Below, piece by piece: positions 1 through 12,569 of a stretch of 64,000 bases of DNA. The position numbers and the translations under genes were made by a program. Numbering within the stretch: position 1 is the stretch's first letter; each line of letters begins with the position of its first letter. The DNA is from Chrysomallon squamiferum (lineage: Eukaryota; Animalia; Mollusca): positions 2,046,001-2,110,000 of the forward strand of contig CM022668.1 in the NCBI GenBank assembly GCA_012295275.1, written 5' to 3'. Below the pieces are notes generated by a model. It saw nothing but the letters and a program-made list of their open reading frames with translations. It was not told the DNA's origin and made no database searches.

Positions 1-10
1 AAAAAACAAA

Positions 11-48
<38 letters not shown>

Positions 49-859
49 CTACATACATAAATCACAAAATATTTACTGTGAATGCTATGATGCCCATTCA
101 AATGATAAAATCCTAATCTCAGTTAATAAATAACTTGATAAATAAACACAGTTACATACATTTTATATATATATTTATGCATATATAGGAACACACACAG
201 ACATTTACACATTTTATAGACATATGTAAAATAATGACAAACCTGCAGCTCATATGTATATTAAAGAAAATCTAAAATACACTCACAATTGTGTGCAAGA
301 TTAAGTATTTTGTTTGCATATTACTAAATAAACAAATCTAAATAAACACATTTTGAAATGATAAAGATAGAAATAAAGTTTAATAATATCAATAATGAAA
401 ACATATGGTGATATCAGTATAAAAATAATAATCACCAAAATAATAATGAAAATGATAATAGTAATATTAGTAGTGACAACAGTGATAATAACAAAATAAT
501 AATAATGATAACAAATTAAATATCGGTCCTAATTTCAGAAACAAAACTCACTTGTTTAATTGTAAAGAATTTGGTGAAATAATATTGCAATCGTCATTAA
601 TATCCACTACCGACAAATTTTGTAAATCATAGAACGGCTAAATATAACGGTAAGTTAGATCTCCATGTTAGACCTATTACATTAAAGAGATACTATTTAT
701 GATACATTTAGGCTATAGCTCGTGTAATACATGCATTTACGTTATTATGGTATGTTCGTGCAAGTTACAGCTCGTGCAAGTTATGTTACAGTAGGCGTAC
801 AATGTAGGCCTTCATGGCACTGTCACACTGGTCCAAAAATAGTGACGGTGCCTGGAATC

Positions 860-965
860 TACAGTCGACTTATACACAAGTAATACCTAAAATGAAGCAA
901 TTTTTGGTCTTAAAATACACATCGACTTATACATAAGGTCGCCTTGTACACAAGTATATAAGGTA
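860..965. mobile_element. Degenerate terminus of a pogo/Tigger-like (Tc1/mariner superfamily) DNA transposon or MITE
   Basis: Three spaced copies of a (g)tcgacttatacac-type subterminal motif ending in aagtatataaggta, resembling the ...tcgacttatac..gagtatatacggta ends of pogo/Tigger-type elements; no transposase and no partner end seen. Confidence 0.5.
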
Positions 966-1069
966 AGTGAATGTTTGTTGTCACCTCATTTTTTTTGAAA
1001 ACTGACCACCGCTACATGTAGCAGAACACACAGATATTTAATAAACTGGTTTTCATGAAAATGTTCAGA

Positions 1070-2424
1070 TTAGAAAACTAATCCATTGGTAACACAGATA
1101 GAAAGAAGGGCTATGAAAAAGATAAGGTTTCTGAGTAAGAGTTTCCACTCACTAGGCACAGCGTACTTTGTGAGAATTGAAGTTATTTTGTCAATTTCAT
1201 GACTCAGACAGACAAAGATGAAGGACGTGAGAATGACGTTGAGAACAGGGTAGTTGGGAACCAAAACGAGAACGCCGTATGTGTCAGCAGCCAGCCACAC
1301 ATGATACTGACTTATAAACAACTGAAAAACAGAAATAAATAAATAAATAAATATATACATGTAAATTATATTTACTGATGATACACTATACTTACATTTA
1401 CAGATGATAAATTATACTTACAGATGATATATTATAGTTACTGACGAAAGATTATACTTATAGATGATACATTATAAACATAGATGGTACATTATGCATA
1501 CAGATGATAAATTGTACTGAGAAAGAGAAAGAGTAAAGCAAATAGTACATTAATATTACTACCAATATTTAGATATCCATTTCCAATAAAATACAAAGTC
1601 AATAAATAAATATTTGACACCAACACATTATGATAAGTAACAGTTAGTACAGGTTTATTTTTATTACATCTCTGTCAGTTGGCTGATAATTTATCTACCC
1701 ACTGCCCTATACCTTTCCATTCCAGTCTTTTACAATATTACTCACTTCTAATGAGATTTTGCCAAACCAGGCAAAGAAACAGCCAGCCAGGAATGTTGCA
1801 TAGAATTACTTAAAAAAGTATCTGAAAAATTAAAATAAAATGTAATAAACAAATGTCAATTATTTGTTGCATCTTTTGTTCAATCTTTCTTAGTAAAGCA
1901 TGCACTAATTATTTAGAATAACTGAATGCAGTTATGATCTAAACTAGAGTCTCATTAGAAATAATAATGATACTAGTACTATTGCTACTATCAATGCTAC
2001 TATGATGACAAACACCACTGCCAATACCACTACAACACTATAATTATCACCACTACTGCTATTAATAATACTATTAAAACTACTACCATACTGTTAATAA
2101 TAATAATAACCATAAAGAAAAAATAATTATAATAGGAATCATCATCATCTATACTGGAATATCCTAAATATCTGCTTTATTTAAAGAAAACATTTAGGAA
2201 ATATATTTATAGATTACTCTAAATATAGTAATATCATAACCATAATCAAAAGAAAAAAGAAGAAGAAGGAGAATAAAAAAGAAGAAGTAGAAGAAGAAAA
2301 TGAAAAACAAAAAGAAGAAAAAGAAAAGGATATACTTACAAGTTACTGGTATAAACACAAAATATGGATCAACTAAATTACACTAAATTTTGTTTGGACA
2401 CAAACAAGAAAAAGCTGTGTGACT
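1070..2424 (-). pseudogene. CASD1: CASD1 (sialate 9-O-acetyltransferase, CAS1 domain) 3' fragment, three exons: 2424-2347, 1821-1746, 1321-1070
   Basis: Last exon [43 protein letters not shown] matches the recalled CASD1 C-terminal motif (LFIxQYHIWLAADT). The middle exon reads ILF*VILCNIPGWL then FFAWFGKISLE in a shifted frame (76 nt). The upstream exon reads SHTAFSCLCPNKI*CNLVDPYFVFIP. Canonical AG/GT borders; two in-frame stops and one frameshift. Confidence 0.85.
1371..1520. repeat. Degenerate ~20 bp minisatellite (acagatgataaattatactt) in the CASD1 pseudogene intron
   Basis: About 7 diverged tandem copies visible. Confidence 0.7.
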
Positions 2425-3004
2425 CTGAAAACAAAAGAATTACAAAAATAGTATTAATAAAATTAAAATTGTTATATATATTAATAACATTAAAATAACT
2501 ATAATTATAATAAAATATTGCAAACAGCGAAGAAGAAAAAACATATTATTTTTAAATGTAGAATTAAATATTTAGTATCAAAATGAAAAATGATATCAAA
2601 TTAAACATTTTCTTTTTCTCTATTAGCTAATAAAAATACAGAAAAAAGATTTCATTTATCAGAATATATTTCTGTGGTTTCATCACAGATATTATTCACT
2701 ATCATATTTTCTAACTGGCATGTTTTCCTATATTGTTGCATCTTAATTAATTTATATATTTACTTACTTAAGTATTTACTTGCTTTCTTATCTGTTTGTG
2801 TATTTATCACTTTCTTCATTTTATTATTATTTTATTGTATATTTATTTATTAAATTTTCTTTTCTTTCTTTCTACTAGATTTACATTTTCAAGGGCAGTA
2901 ATGTTTATATTTCAGAATACAAAAATATCCAACACAGAAAATCAGGTTTCAATGGTGAACCGTAGAAAAAAATTATCTTTTTATTAGCACATCTGCTACA
3001 AATC

Positions 3005-5560
3005 AGCAATAAGCAAAATAATTTGAGGCTCATGAAAGGAAGGACCGTTAGGGTAAGAATTGATGTTTGCGACTTGCTTAGGATTAGATTTATTTGTTTA
3101 CCTAGGGTTAGGGTTAGAATCAGGGTTAGAGTTAGGGTTATTTAAATTTTATTGTGATTGTTGTGACAGTGAGCAAAATAATTAGAGGGTCTCAACAGGA
3201 AGTAAGATTACGGTAAGAATTAATGTTGGGAACAGGGTTAAGATTAGGATTAGAAGTTGAGCTTTCGTAAGGGTTAGGGCTGGTGCTAGGGCTAGGGCAA
3301 GGGTTAGGGTTAGAGTTAGGGTTATTTAAATTTTACTGTGAGTGTTGTGATAACGAGCAAAATAATTTGAGGGTCACGAAAGGAAGTACCGCTGGGGTAA
3401 GAATTGATATTTGGATTATATTTATATGCTTACCTAGGGTTAGGGTTAGGATTATTTAAATTTTGTTCACGATAGGAAACAGCATTACGAACGTGCGTAA
3501 GTTTAGGTTTAGAAATTGAGCTATGGTTAAGGATAGGGTTAAGGTATGGGTTAGAGTTAGGGCTATGCTTATTTAAATTTTCTTTTGAGTGTTGTAATAA
3601 ACATTAAAATAATTTGAATGTCGAATATGAAGTACTGTTAGGGTAAGAATTGATGTTTGAGACTGATAGGATTAGAATTATATATTTAGCTCGGGTTAGG
3701 GTCAGGGTTAGGATTAGGAATAGGGCTAGGGTTAGGGATAGAGCTAGGGTTATTAAAATTTTATTGTTTGTGATAACTGGAAGTGGATTTAGTGTAAAAA
3801 TAAATGTTGGGAATATGTGTAGGATTAGCTTTTGAAGTTGAGCTATTTATAGAGATAGGGTTAGTGTTAGGGTTAGTGTTAGGGCTAGGGTTAGGGTTAG
3901 AGTTAGGGCTAGGGTTAGGGTTAGAGTTAGGGCTATTTAAATTGTGTTGTTAGTGTTGTGATAATGAGCAAAATGGTTTGAGGTCACGATAGGATGTACC
4001 GTTAGGGTAAGAATTGACATTTGGGGACTTGACTAGGATATTATTTGGAAGTTTAGCTATGGTTAGGGTTAGTGTTAGGCTTAAGGTTAGGGTTAGAGTT
4101 AGGGTTAGAGTTAGGGTTAGAGTTAGGGTTAGGGTTAGGGTTAGGGTTAGGGTTAGAGTTAGGGTTATTTTAATTTTATTATGATTGTTGTGATAATGAG
4201 GAAAGTAAATTGAGGATCTCGATAGGAAGAACATGACGGTAAGAAATGAGGTTGCGGACTTCAGCAGGAATGTATTTGTTTAGCTAGGGGTAGGGTTAGG
4301 GTTAGGGCTAGGGCTAGGGCTAGGGCTAGGGCTAGGGTTAGGGTTTGGGTTTGGGTTAGAGTTAGAGTTAGGGTTAGGGATAGAGTTAGGGTTACTTCAA
4401 TTCTATTGTGATTGTTATGATAATGAGGAAAATAATTTCAGGATCTCGATAGGAAGTAACATTATTGTAAGAATTGTGGTTGGGGACTTGAGCAGGAATT
4501 TATTTGAAAGTTTAGCTGTGGTTAGTATTAGGGTTAGGGTTACGTTTAAGGCTAGGGTTAGGGTTAGGGTTATGGATACAGTTAGGGTTATTTTAATTGT
4601 ATTGTGATTGTTGTGATAATGAGCATAGTAATTAGATATTCTCGATATGAATAATATTACGGTAAGAATTGAGGTGGGGTCTTGAGTAGGAATTTATTTG
4701 GAAGTTTAACTAGGGTTAGGGTTAGGGTTAGGGTTAGGGCTAGGGTTAGGGTTAGCGTTAGCGTTAGGGTTAGGGTTAGTGTTAGAGTTAGGGTTATTCA
4801 ATTCTATTGTGATTGTTGTGATAATGAGGAAAATAATTTCAGGATCTCGATAGGAAGTAACATTATGGTAAGAATTGTGGTTGGGGACTTGAGAAGCAGT
4901 TTATATTGAAGTTTAATTGTGGTTAGGGTTAGGGTTATGGCTAGGGTTAGGATTACGTTTGTTTTAATCTCATTATCAGTATTATGATAACAGGTAAAAT
5001 AATATCTGGGTCACGAATCGGAGAAGCATTAGAGTTAGGGTCAGAATTAGTGTGAGGGTCAGGTTAGGGTTAGGGTTAGGATTAGGGTTAGGGTTAGGGT
5101 TAGGGTTACGGTTACGGTTCTTTTAATTTCATTATGAGTATTATGATAACAGGCAGAATAATCTATGGGTCACGAATCGGAGAAGCATTAGAGTTAGGGT
5201 CAGAATTAGTGTTAGGGTTAGGTTAGGGTTAGGGTTAGGGTTAGCGTTAGGGCTAGGGCTAGGGTTAGGGTTAGGGTTACTGTTCTTTTCATTTCCATTA
5301 TGAGCTAACAGGTTAGGGGTTAGGAATCGGAGAAGCTTAGGGTTAGGGTTAGGGTTAGGGTTAGGGGGTTAGGGTTAGGGGTTAGGTTACTTACTGTTCT
5401 TTTCATTTCATTATGAGTATTATGATAACAGGCAAAATAATCTCTGGGTCACGAATCGGAGAAGCATTAGAGTTAGGGTCAGAATTAGTGTTAGGGCTTA
5501 GGAGATAGGGGAGGGCTAGGGTTGGGATTACACGTTAGGGTTAGGGTTAAAATTAATGTC
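3005..5560 (+). repeat. Older, diverged layers of the telomere-repeat-containing satellite
   Basis: (TTAGGG)n and variant (TTAGAG, CTAGGG, TTAGTG) tracts alternate with cores homologous to the downstream array (agggttatttaaattttattgtg...aaataatttgagg...ggtaagaattgatgtt). A distinct shorter monomer type (ttatgataacaggcaaaataatctctgggtcacgaatcggagaagc) occupies ~4950-5500. Confidence 0.9.
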
Positions 5561-8500
5561 CGGGATAGGGTTAGGAGTTAGGGTTAGGTTAGGGTTAGGG
5601 TTAGGGTTAGCCTTAAAGCTAGGGTTACATAAATTTTATCTGAGTTTGATGCTCTGATAGAAATAATATGAGGCTGAGATTAGAAGTAAAATAAGAATTA
5701 ATGTTCCGGACTTTTTTGGATTAATTTTATCACCCGAGCTAGAAGCTAGGTTAGGGTTAGGGTTAGTGTGAGGGTTAGGTTAGGTTAGGGTTAGGGTCCT
5801 TAAAGCTAGGGTTACATAAATTTTATTCGAGTTTAATGCTTATATGAGAAATAATATGACCCTGGAGATTACAGGTAGCCTTAGAATAAGAATTAATATT
5901 CCGGACTAGTTTAGAATTAGTTTTAGGAGCTTAGCTAGGGTTAAGGTTAGGGTTAGGGTTAGGGTTAGCCTTAAAGCTAGGGTTACCTAAATTTTATTCG
6001 AGTTTAATGTTTATGTTAGAAATAATATGACCCTGGAGACTACAAGTAGCCTTAGAATAAGAATTAATGTTCCGGACTTCTGTTGGATTACTTTTAGAAC
6101 CTGAGCTAGGGTTAGGGTTAGGGTTAGGGTTAGGGTTAGGGTTAGCCTTATAGCTAGGGTTACATAAATTTTATTCGAGTTTGATGCTTCTGATAGAAAT
6201 AATATGAGGCTGGAGATTAGAAGTAGCCTTAGAATAAGAATTAATGTTCCGGACTTCTTTTGGATTACTTTTATCACCTGAGCTAGGGTTAGGGTTAGGG
6301 TTAGGGTTAGCCTTATAGCTAGGGTTACATAAATTTTATTCGAGTTTGATGCTTCTGATAGAAATAATATGAGGCTGGAGATTAGAAGTAGCGTTAGGAT
6401 AAGAATTAATGTTCCGGACTTCTGTTGGATTACTTTTATCACCTGAGCTAGGGTTAGGGCTAGGGTTAGGGTTAGGGTTACTTTAGGGTTAGTCTTAAAG
6501 CTAGGGTTACATACATTTTATTCGAATTTAATGCTTATATGAGAAATAATATGACCCTGGAGATTACAGGTAGCCTTAGAATAAGAATTAATATTCCGGA
6601 CTAGTTTAGGATTAGTTTTACGAGCTTAGCTAGGGTTAAGGTTAGGGTTAGAGTTAGGGTTAGCCTTATAGCTAGGGTTACCTAAATTTTATTCGAGTTT
6701 AATGTTCATGTTAGAAATAATATGACCCTGGAGACTACAAGTAGCCTTAGAATAAGAATTAATGTTCCGGACTTCTTTTGGATTACTTTTATCACCTGAG
6801 CTAGGGTTAGGGTTAGGGTTAGGGTTAGCCTTATAGCTAGGGTTACATAAATTTTATTCGAGTTTGATGCTTCTGATAGAAATAATATGAGGCTGGAGAT
6901 TAGAAGTAGCGTTAGGATAAGAATTAATGTTCCGGACTTCTTTTGGATTACTTTTATCACCTGAGCTAGGGTTAGGGTTAGGGTTAGGGTTAGGGTTAGG
7001 GTTAGGGTTACTTTAGGGTTAGTCTTAAAGCTAGGGTTACATAAATTTTATTCGAGTTTAATGCTTATATGAGAAATAATATGACCCTGGAGATTACAGG
7101 TAGCCTTAGAATAAGAATTAATATTCCGGACTAGTTTAGAATTAGTTTTAGGAGCTTAGCTAGGGTTAAGGTTAGGGTTAGGGTTAGGGTTAGCCTTAAA
7201 GCTAGGGTTACCTAAATTTTATTCGAGTTTAATGTTTATGTTAGAAATAATATGACCCTGGAGAAATAATATGACCCTGGAGACTACAAGTAGCCTTAGA
7301 ATAAGAATTAATGTTCCGGACTTCTGTTGGATTACTTTTAGAACCTGAGCTACGGTTAGGGTTAGGGTTAGGCTTTGGGTTAGCCTTAAAGCTAGGGTTA
7401 CATAAACTTTATTCGAGTTTGATGCTTCTGATAGAAATAATATGAGGCTGGAGATTAGAAGTAGCCTTAGAATAAGAATTAATGTTCCGGACTTCTTTTG
7501 GATTACTTTTATCACCTGAGCTAGGGTTAGGGTTAGGGTTAGGGTTAGGGTTAGGGTTAGGTTAGCCTTATAGCTAGGGTTACATAAATTTTATTCGAGT
7601 TTGATGCTTCTGATAGAAATAATATGAGGCTGGAGATTAGAAGTAGCGTTAGGATAAGAATTAATGTTCCGGACTTCTTTTGGATTACTTTTATCACCTG
7701 AGCTAGGGTTAGGGCTAGGGTTAGGGTTAGGGTTACTTTAGGGTTAGTCTTAAAGCTAGGGTTACATACATTTTATTCGAATTTAATGCTTATATGAGAA
7801 ATAATATGACCCTGGAGATTACAGGTAGCCTTAGAATAAGAATTAATATTCCGGACTAGTTTAGGATTAGTTTTACGAGCTTAGCTAGGGTTAAGGTTAG
7901 GGTTAGGGTTAGGGTTAGGGTTAGCCTTATAGCTAGGGTTACCTAAATTTTATTCGAGTTTAATGTTCATGTTAGAAATAATATGACCCTGGAGACTACA
8001 AGTAGCCTTAGAATAAGAATTAATGTTCCGGACTTCTTTTGGATTACTTTTATCACCTGAGCTAGGGTTAGGGTTAGGGTTAGGGTTAGGGTTAGCCTTA
8101 TAGCTAGGGTTACATAAATTTTATTCGAGTTTGATGCTTCTGATAGAAATAATATGAGGCTGGAGATTAGAAGTAGCGTTAGGATAAGAATTAATGTTCC
8201 GGACTTCTTTTGGATTACTTTTATCACCTGAGCTAGGGTTAGGGCTAGGGTTAGGGTTAGGGTTACTTTAGGGTTAGTCTTAAAGCTAGGGTTACATACA
8301 TTTTATTCGAATTTAATGCTTATATGAGAAATAATATGACCCTGGAGATTACAGGTAGCCTTAGAATAAGAATTAATATTCCGGACTAGTTTAGGATTAG
8401 TTTTACGAGCTTAGCTAGGGTTAAGGTTAGGGTTAGGGTTAGGGTTAGCCTTATAGCTAGGGTTACCTAAATTTTATTCGAGTTTAATGTTCATGTTAGA

Positions 8501-11500
8501 AATAATATGACCCTGGAGACTTTTATCACCTGAGTAGCCTTAGAATAAGAATTAATGTTCCGGACTTTTATTTTGGATTACTTTTATCACCTGAGCTAGG
8601 GTTAGGGTTAGGTTAGGGGGTTAGGGTTAGGGTTAGGGTTAGCCTTATAGCTAGGGTTACATAAATTTTATTCGAGTTTGATGCTTCTGATAGAAATAAT
8701 ATGAGGCTGGAGATTAGAAGTAGCGTTAGGATAAGAATTAATGTTCCGGACTTCTTTTGGATTACTTTTATCACCTGAGCTAGGGTTAGGGTTAGGGTTA
8801 GGGTTAGGGTTAGGGTTACTTTAGGGTTAGTCTTAAAGCTAGGGTTACATACATTTTATTCGAATTTAATGCTTATATGAGAAATAATATGACCCTGGAG
8901 ATTACAGGTAGCCTTAGAATAAGAATTAATATTCCGGACTAGTTTAGGATTAGTTTTACGAGCTTAGCTAGGGTTAAGGTTAGGGTTAGGGTTAGGGTTA
9001 GCCTTAAAGCTAGGGTTACCTAAATTTTATTCGAGTTTAATGTTTATGTTAGAAATAATATGACCCTGGAGACTACAAGTAGCCTTAGAATAAGAATTAA
9101 TGTTCCGGACTTCTTTTGGATTACTTTTATCACCTGAGCTAGGGTTAGGGTTAGGGTTAGGGTTAGGGTTAGCCTTATAGCTAGGGTTACATAAATTTTA
9201 TTCGAGTTTGATGCTTCTGATAGAAATAATATGAGGCTGGAGATTAGAAGTAGCCTTAGAATAAGAATTAATGTTCCGGACTTCTTTTGGATTACTTTTA
9301 TCACCTGAGCTAGGGTTAGGGTTAGGGTTAGGGTTAGGGTTAGGGTTAGGGTTTTAAAGCTAGGGTTACATAAATTTTATTCGAGTTTAATGCTTATATG
9401 AGAAATAATATGAGCCTGAGATTGCAAGTAGCCTTAAGTAGCCTTAGAATAAGAATTAATGTTCCGGACTAGTTTAGGATTAGTTTTATCACCTGAGCTA
9501 GGGTTAGGGAATTAATGTTAGGGTTAGGGTTAGGGTTAGAGTTAGGGTTAGCTTATAGCTAGGGTTACCTAAATTTTATTCGAGTTTAATGTTCATGTTA
9601 GAAATAATATGACCCTGGAGACTACAAGTAGCCTTAGAATAAGAATTAATGTTCCGGACTTCTTTTGGATTACTTTTATCACCTGAGCTAGGGTTAGGGT
9701 TAGGGTTAGGGTTAGGGTTAGGGTTAGCCTTATAGCTAGGGTTACATACATTTTATTCGAGTTTGATGCTTCTGATAGAAATAATATGAGGCTGGAGATT
9801 AGAAGTAGCGTTAGAATAAGAATTAATGTTCCGGACTTCTTTTGGATTACTTTTATCACCTGAGCTAGGTTAGGTTAGGGTAGGGTTAGGGTTACTTTTT
9901 AGGTTAGCCTTAAAGCTAGGGTTACATAAATTTTATTCGAGTTTAATGCTTATATGAGAGAAATAATATGACCCTGGAGATTACAAGTAGCCTTAGAATA
10001 AGAATTAATGTTCCGGACTTCTTTTGGATTACTTTTATCACCTGAGCTAGGGTTAGGGTTAGGGTTAGGGTTAGGGTTAGCCTTATAGCTAGGGTTACAT
10101 AAATTTTATTCGAGTTTGATGCTTCTGATAGAAATAATATGAGGCTGGAGATTAGAAGTAGCCTTAGAATAAGAATTAATGTTCCGGACTTCTTTTGGAT
10201 TACTTTTATCACCTGAGCTAGGGTTAGGGTTAGGGTTAGGGTTAGGGTTAGGGTTAGGGTTAGCCTTATAGCTAGGGTTACATAAATTTTATTCGAGTTT
10301 GATGCTTCTGATAGAAATAATATGAGGCTGGAGATTAGAAGTAGCGTTAGGATAAGAATTAATGTTCCGGACTTCTTTTGGATTACTTTTATCACCTGAG
10401 CTAGGGTTAGGGCTAGGGTTAGGGTTAGGGTTACTTTAGGGTTAGTCTTAAAGCTAGGGTTACATAAATTTTATTCGAATTTAATGCTTATATGAGAAAT
10501 AATATGACCCTGGAGATTACAGGTAGCCTTAGAATAAGAATTAATATTCCGGACTAGTTTAGGATTAGTTTTACGAGCTTAGCTAGGGTTAAGGTTAGGG
10601 TTAGGGTTAGGGTTAGCCTTATAGCTAGGGTTACCTAAATTTTATTCGAGTTTAATGTTCATGTTAGAAATAATATGACCCTGGAGACTACAAGTAGCCT
10701 TAGAATAAGAATTAATGTTCCGGACTTCTTTTGGATTACTTTTATCACCTGAGCTAGGGTTAGGGTTAGGGTTAGGGTTAGCCTTATAGCTAGGGTTACA
10801 TAAATTTTATTCGAGTTTGATGCTTCTGATAGAAATAATATGAGGCTGGAGATTAGAAGTAGCGTTAGGATAAGAATTAATGTTCCGGACTTCTTTTGGA
10901 TTACTTTTATCACCTGAGCTAGGGTTAGGGCTAGGGTTAGGGTTAGGGTTACTTTAGGGTTAGTCTTAAAGCTAGGGTTACATACATTTTATTCGAATTT
11001 AATGCTTATATGAGAAATAATATGACCCTGGAGATTACAGGTAGCCTTAGAATAAGAATTAATATTCCGGACTAGTTTAGGATTAGTTTTACGAGCTTAG
11101 CTAGGGTTAGGGTTAGGTTAGGGTTAGGGTTAGGGTTAGGGTTAGGGTTAGGGTTAGCCTTAAAGCTAGGGTTACCTAAATTTTATTCGAGTTTAATGTT
11201 TATGTTAGAAATAATATGACCCTGGAGACTACAAGTAGCCTTAGAATAAGAATTAATGTTCCGGACTTCTTTTGGATTACTTTTATCACCTGAGCTAGGG
11301 TTAGGGTTAGGGTTAGGGTTAGGGTTAGGGTTAGGTTAGCCTTATAGCTAGGGTTACATAAATTTTATTCGAGTTTGATGCTTCTGATAGAAATAATATG
11401 AGGCTGGAGATTAGAAGTAGCCTTAGAATAAGAATTAATGTTCCGGACTTCTTTTGGATTACTTTTATCACCTGAGCTAGGGTTAGGGTTAGGGTTAGGG

Positions 11501-12369
11501 TTAGGGTTAGCGTTAGCTAAAGCTAGGGTTACATAAATTTTTTATTCGAGTTTGATGTTTCATGATAGAAATAATATGAGGAGGCTGAGATTACAAGTAG
11601 CCAGAATAAGAATTAAGAATTAATGTTCCGGACTTCTTTTGGATTACTTTTATCACCTGAGCTAGGGTTAGGGTTAGGGTTAGGTTAGTTAGGGTTAGTC
11701 TTATAGCTAGGGTTACATAAATTTTATTCGAGTTTGATGCTTCTGATAGAAATAATATGAGGCTGGAGATTAGAAGTAGCGTTAGGATAAGAATTAATGT
11801 TCCGGACTTCTTTTGGATTACTTTTATCACCTGAGCTAGGGTTAGGGTTAGGGTTAGGGTTAGGGTTAGGGTTACTTTAGGGTTAGTCTTAAAGCTAGGG
11901 TTACATACATTTTATTCGAATTTAATGCTTATATGAGAAATAATATGACCCTGGAGATTACAGGTAGCCTTAGAATAAGAATTAATATTCCGGACTAGTT
12001 TAGAATTAGTTTTAGGAGCTTAGCTAGGGTTAAGGTTAGGGTTAGGGTTAGGGTTAGCCTTAAAGCTAGGGTTACCTAAATTTTATTCGAGTTTAATGTT
12101 TATGTTAGAAATAATATGACCCTGGAGACTACAAGTAGCCTTAGAATAAGAATTAATGTTCCGGACTTCTTTTGGATTACTTTTAGAACCTGAGCTAGGG
12201 TTAGGGTTAGGGTTAGGGTTTGGGTTAGCCTTATAGCTAGGGTTACATAAATTTTATTCGAGTTTGATGCTTCTGATAGAAATAATATGAGGCTGGAGAT
12301 TAGAAGTAGCGTTAGAATAAGAATTAATGTTCCGGACTTCTTTTGGATTACTTTTATCACCTGAGCTAG
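5560..12369 (+). repeat. Homogeneous telomere-repeat-containing satellite, ~165-185 bp monomers, A-B-C higher-order repeat of ~530 bp
   Basis: Roughly 38 monomers, each a 141 bp core (TTAGCC...CCTGAG) plus CTAGGG plus (TTAGGG)3-6. Three monomer types recur in order; the A-type junction gggttagtcttaaag at 7741 and 8271 gives a 530 bp period. Confidence 0.95.
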
Positions 12370-12569
12370 NNNNNNNNNNNNNNNNNNNNNNNNNNNNNNN
12401 NNNNNNNNNNNNNNNNNNNNNNNNNNNNNNNNNNNNNNNNNNNNNNNNNNNNNNNNNNNNNNNNNNNNNNNNNNNNNNNNNNNNNNNNNNNNNNNNNNNN
12501 NNNNNNNNNNNNNNNNNNNNNNNNNNNNNNNNNNNNNNNNNNNNNNNNNNNNNNNNNNNNNNNNNNNNN
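12370..12569. other. Assembly gap (200 N)
   Basis: Run of exactly 200 N separating two unrelated satellites; typical fixed-size scaffolding gap. Confidence 0.99.

Noticed and set aside
5280-5790. Garbled or hybrid monomers (also ~8520-8620, 9350-9550, 11500-11700) as recombination products
   Set aside because: Cannot be distinguished from consensus or polishing errors in a collapsed repeat without reads
6011-12369. Repeated minus-strand ORFs (MIKVIQKKSGTLILIL...LTLTLT) resembling a membrane-peptide family
   Set aside because: Products of CCCTAA repeats and a core length divisible by three; GTG starts, no gene structure
3005-12369. CRISPR-like repeat/spacer appearance
   Set aside because: The intervening segments are near-identical rather than unique, the context is eukaryotic, and there are no cas genes
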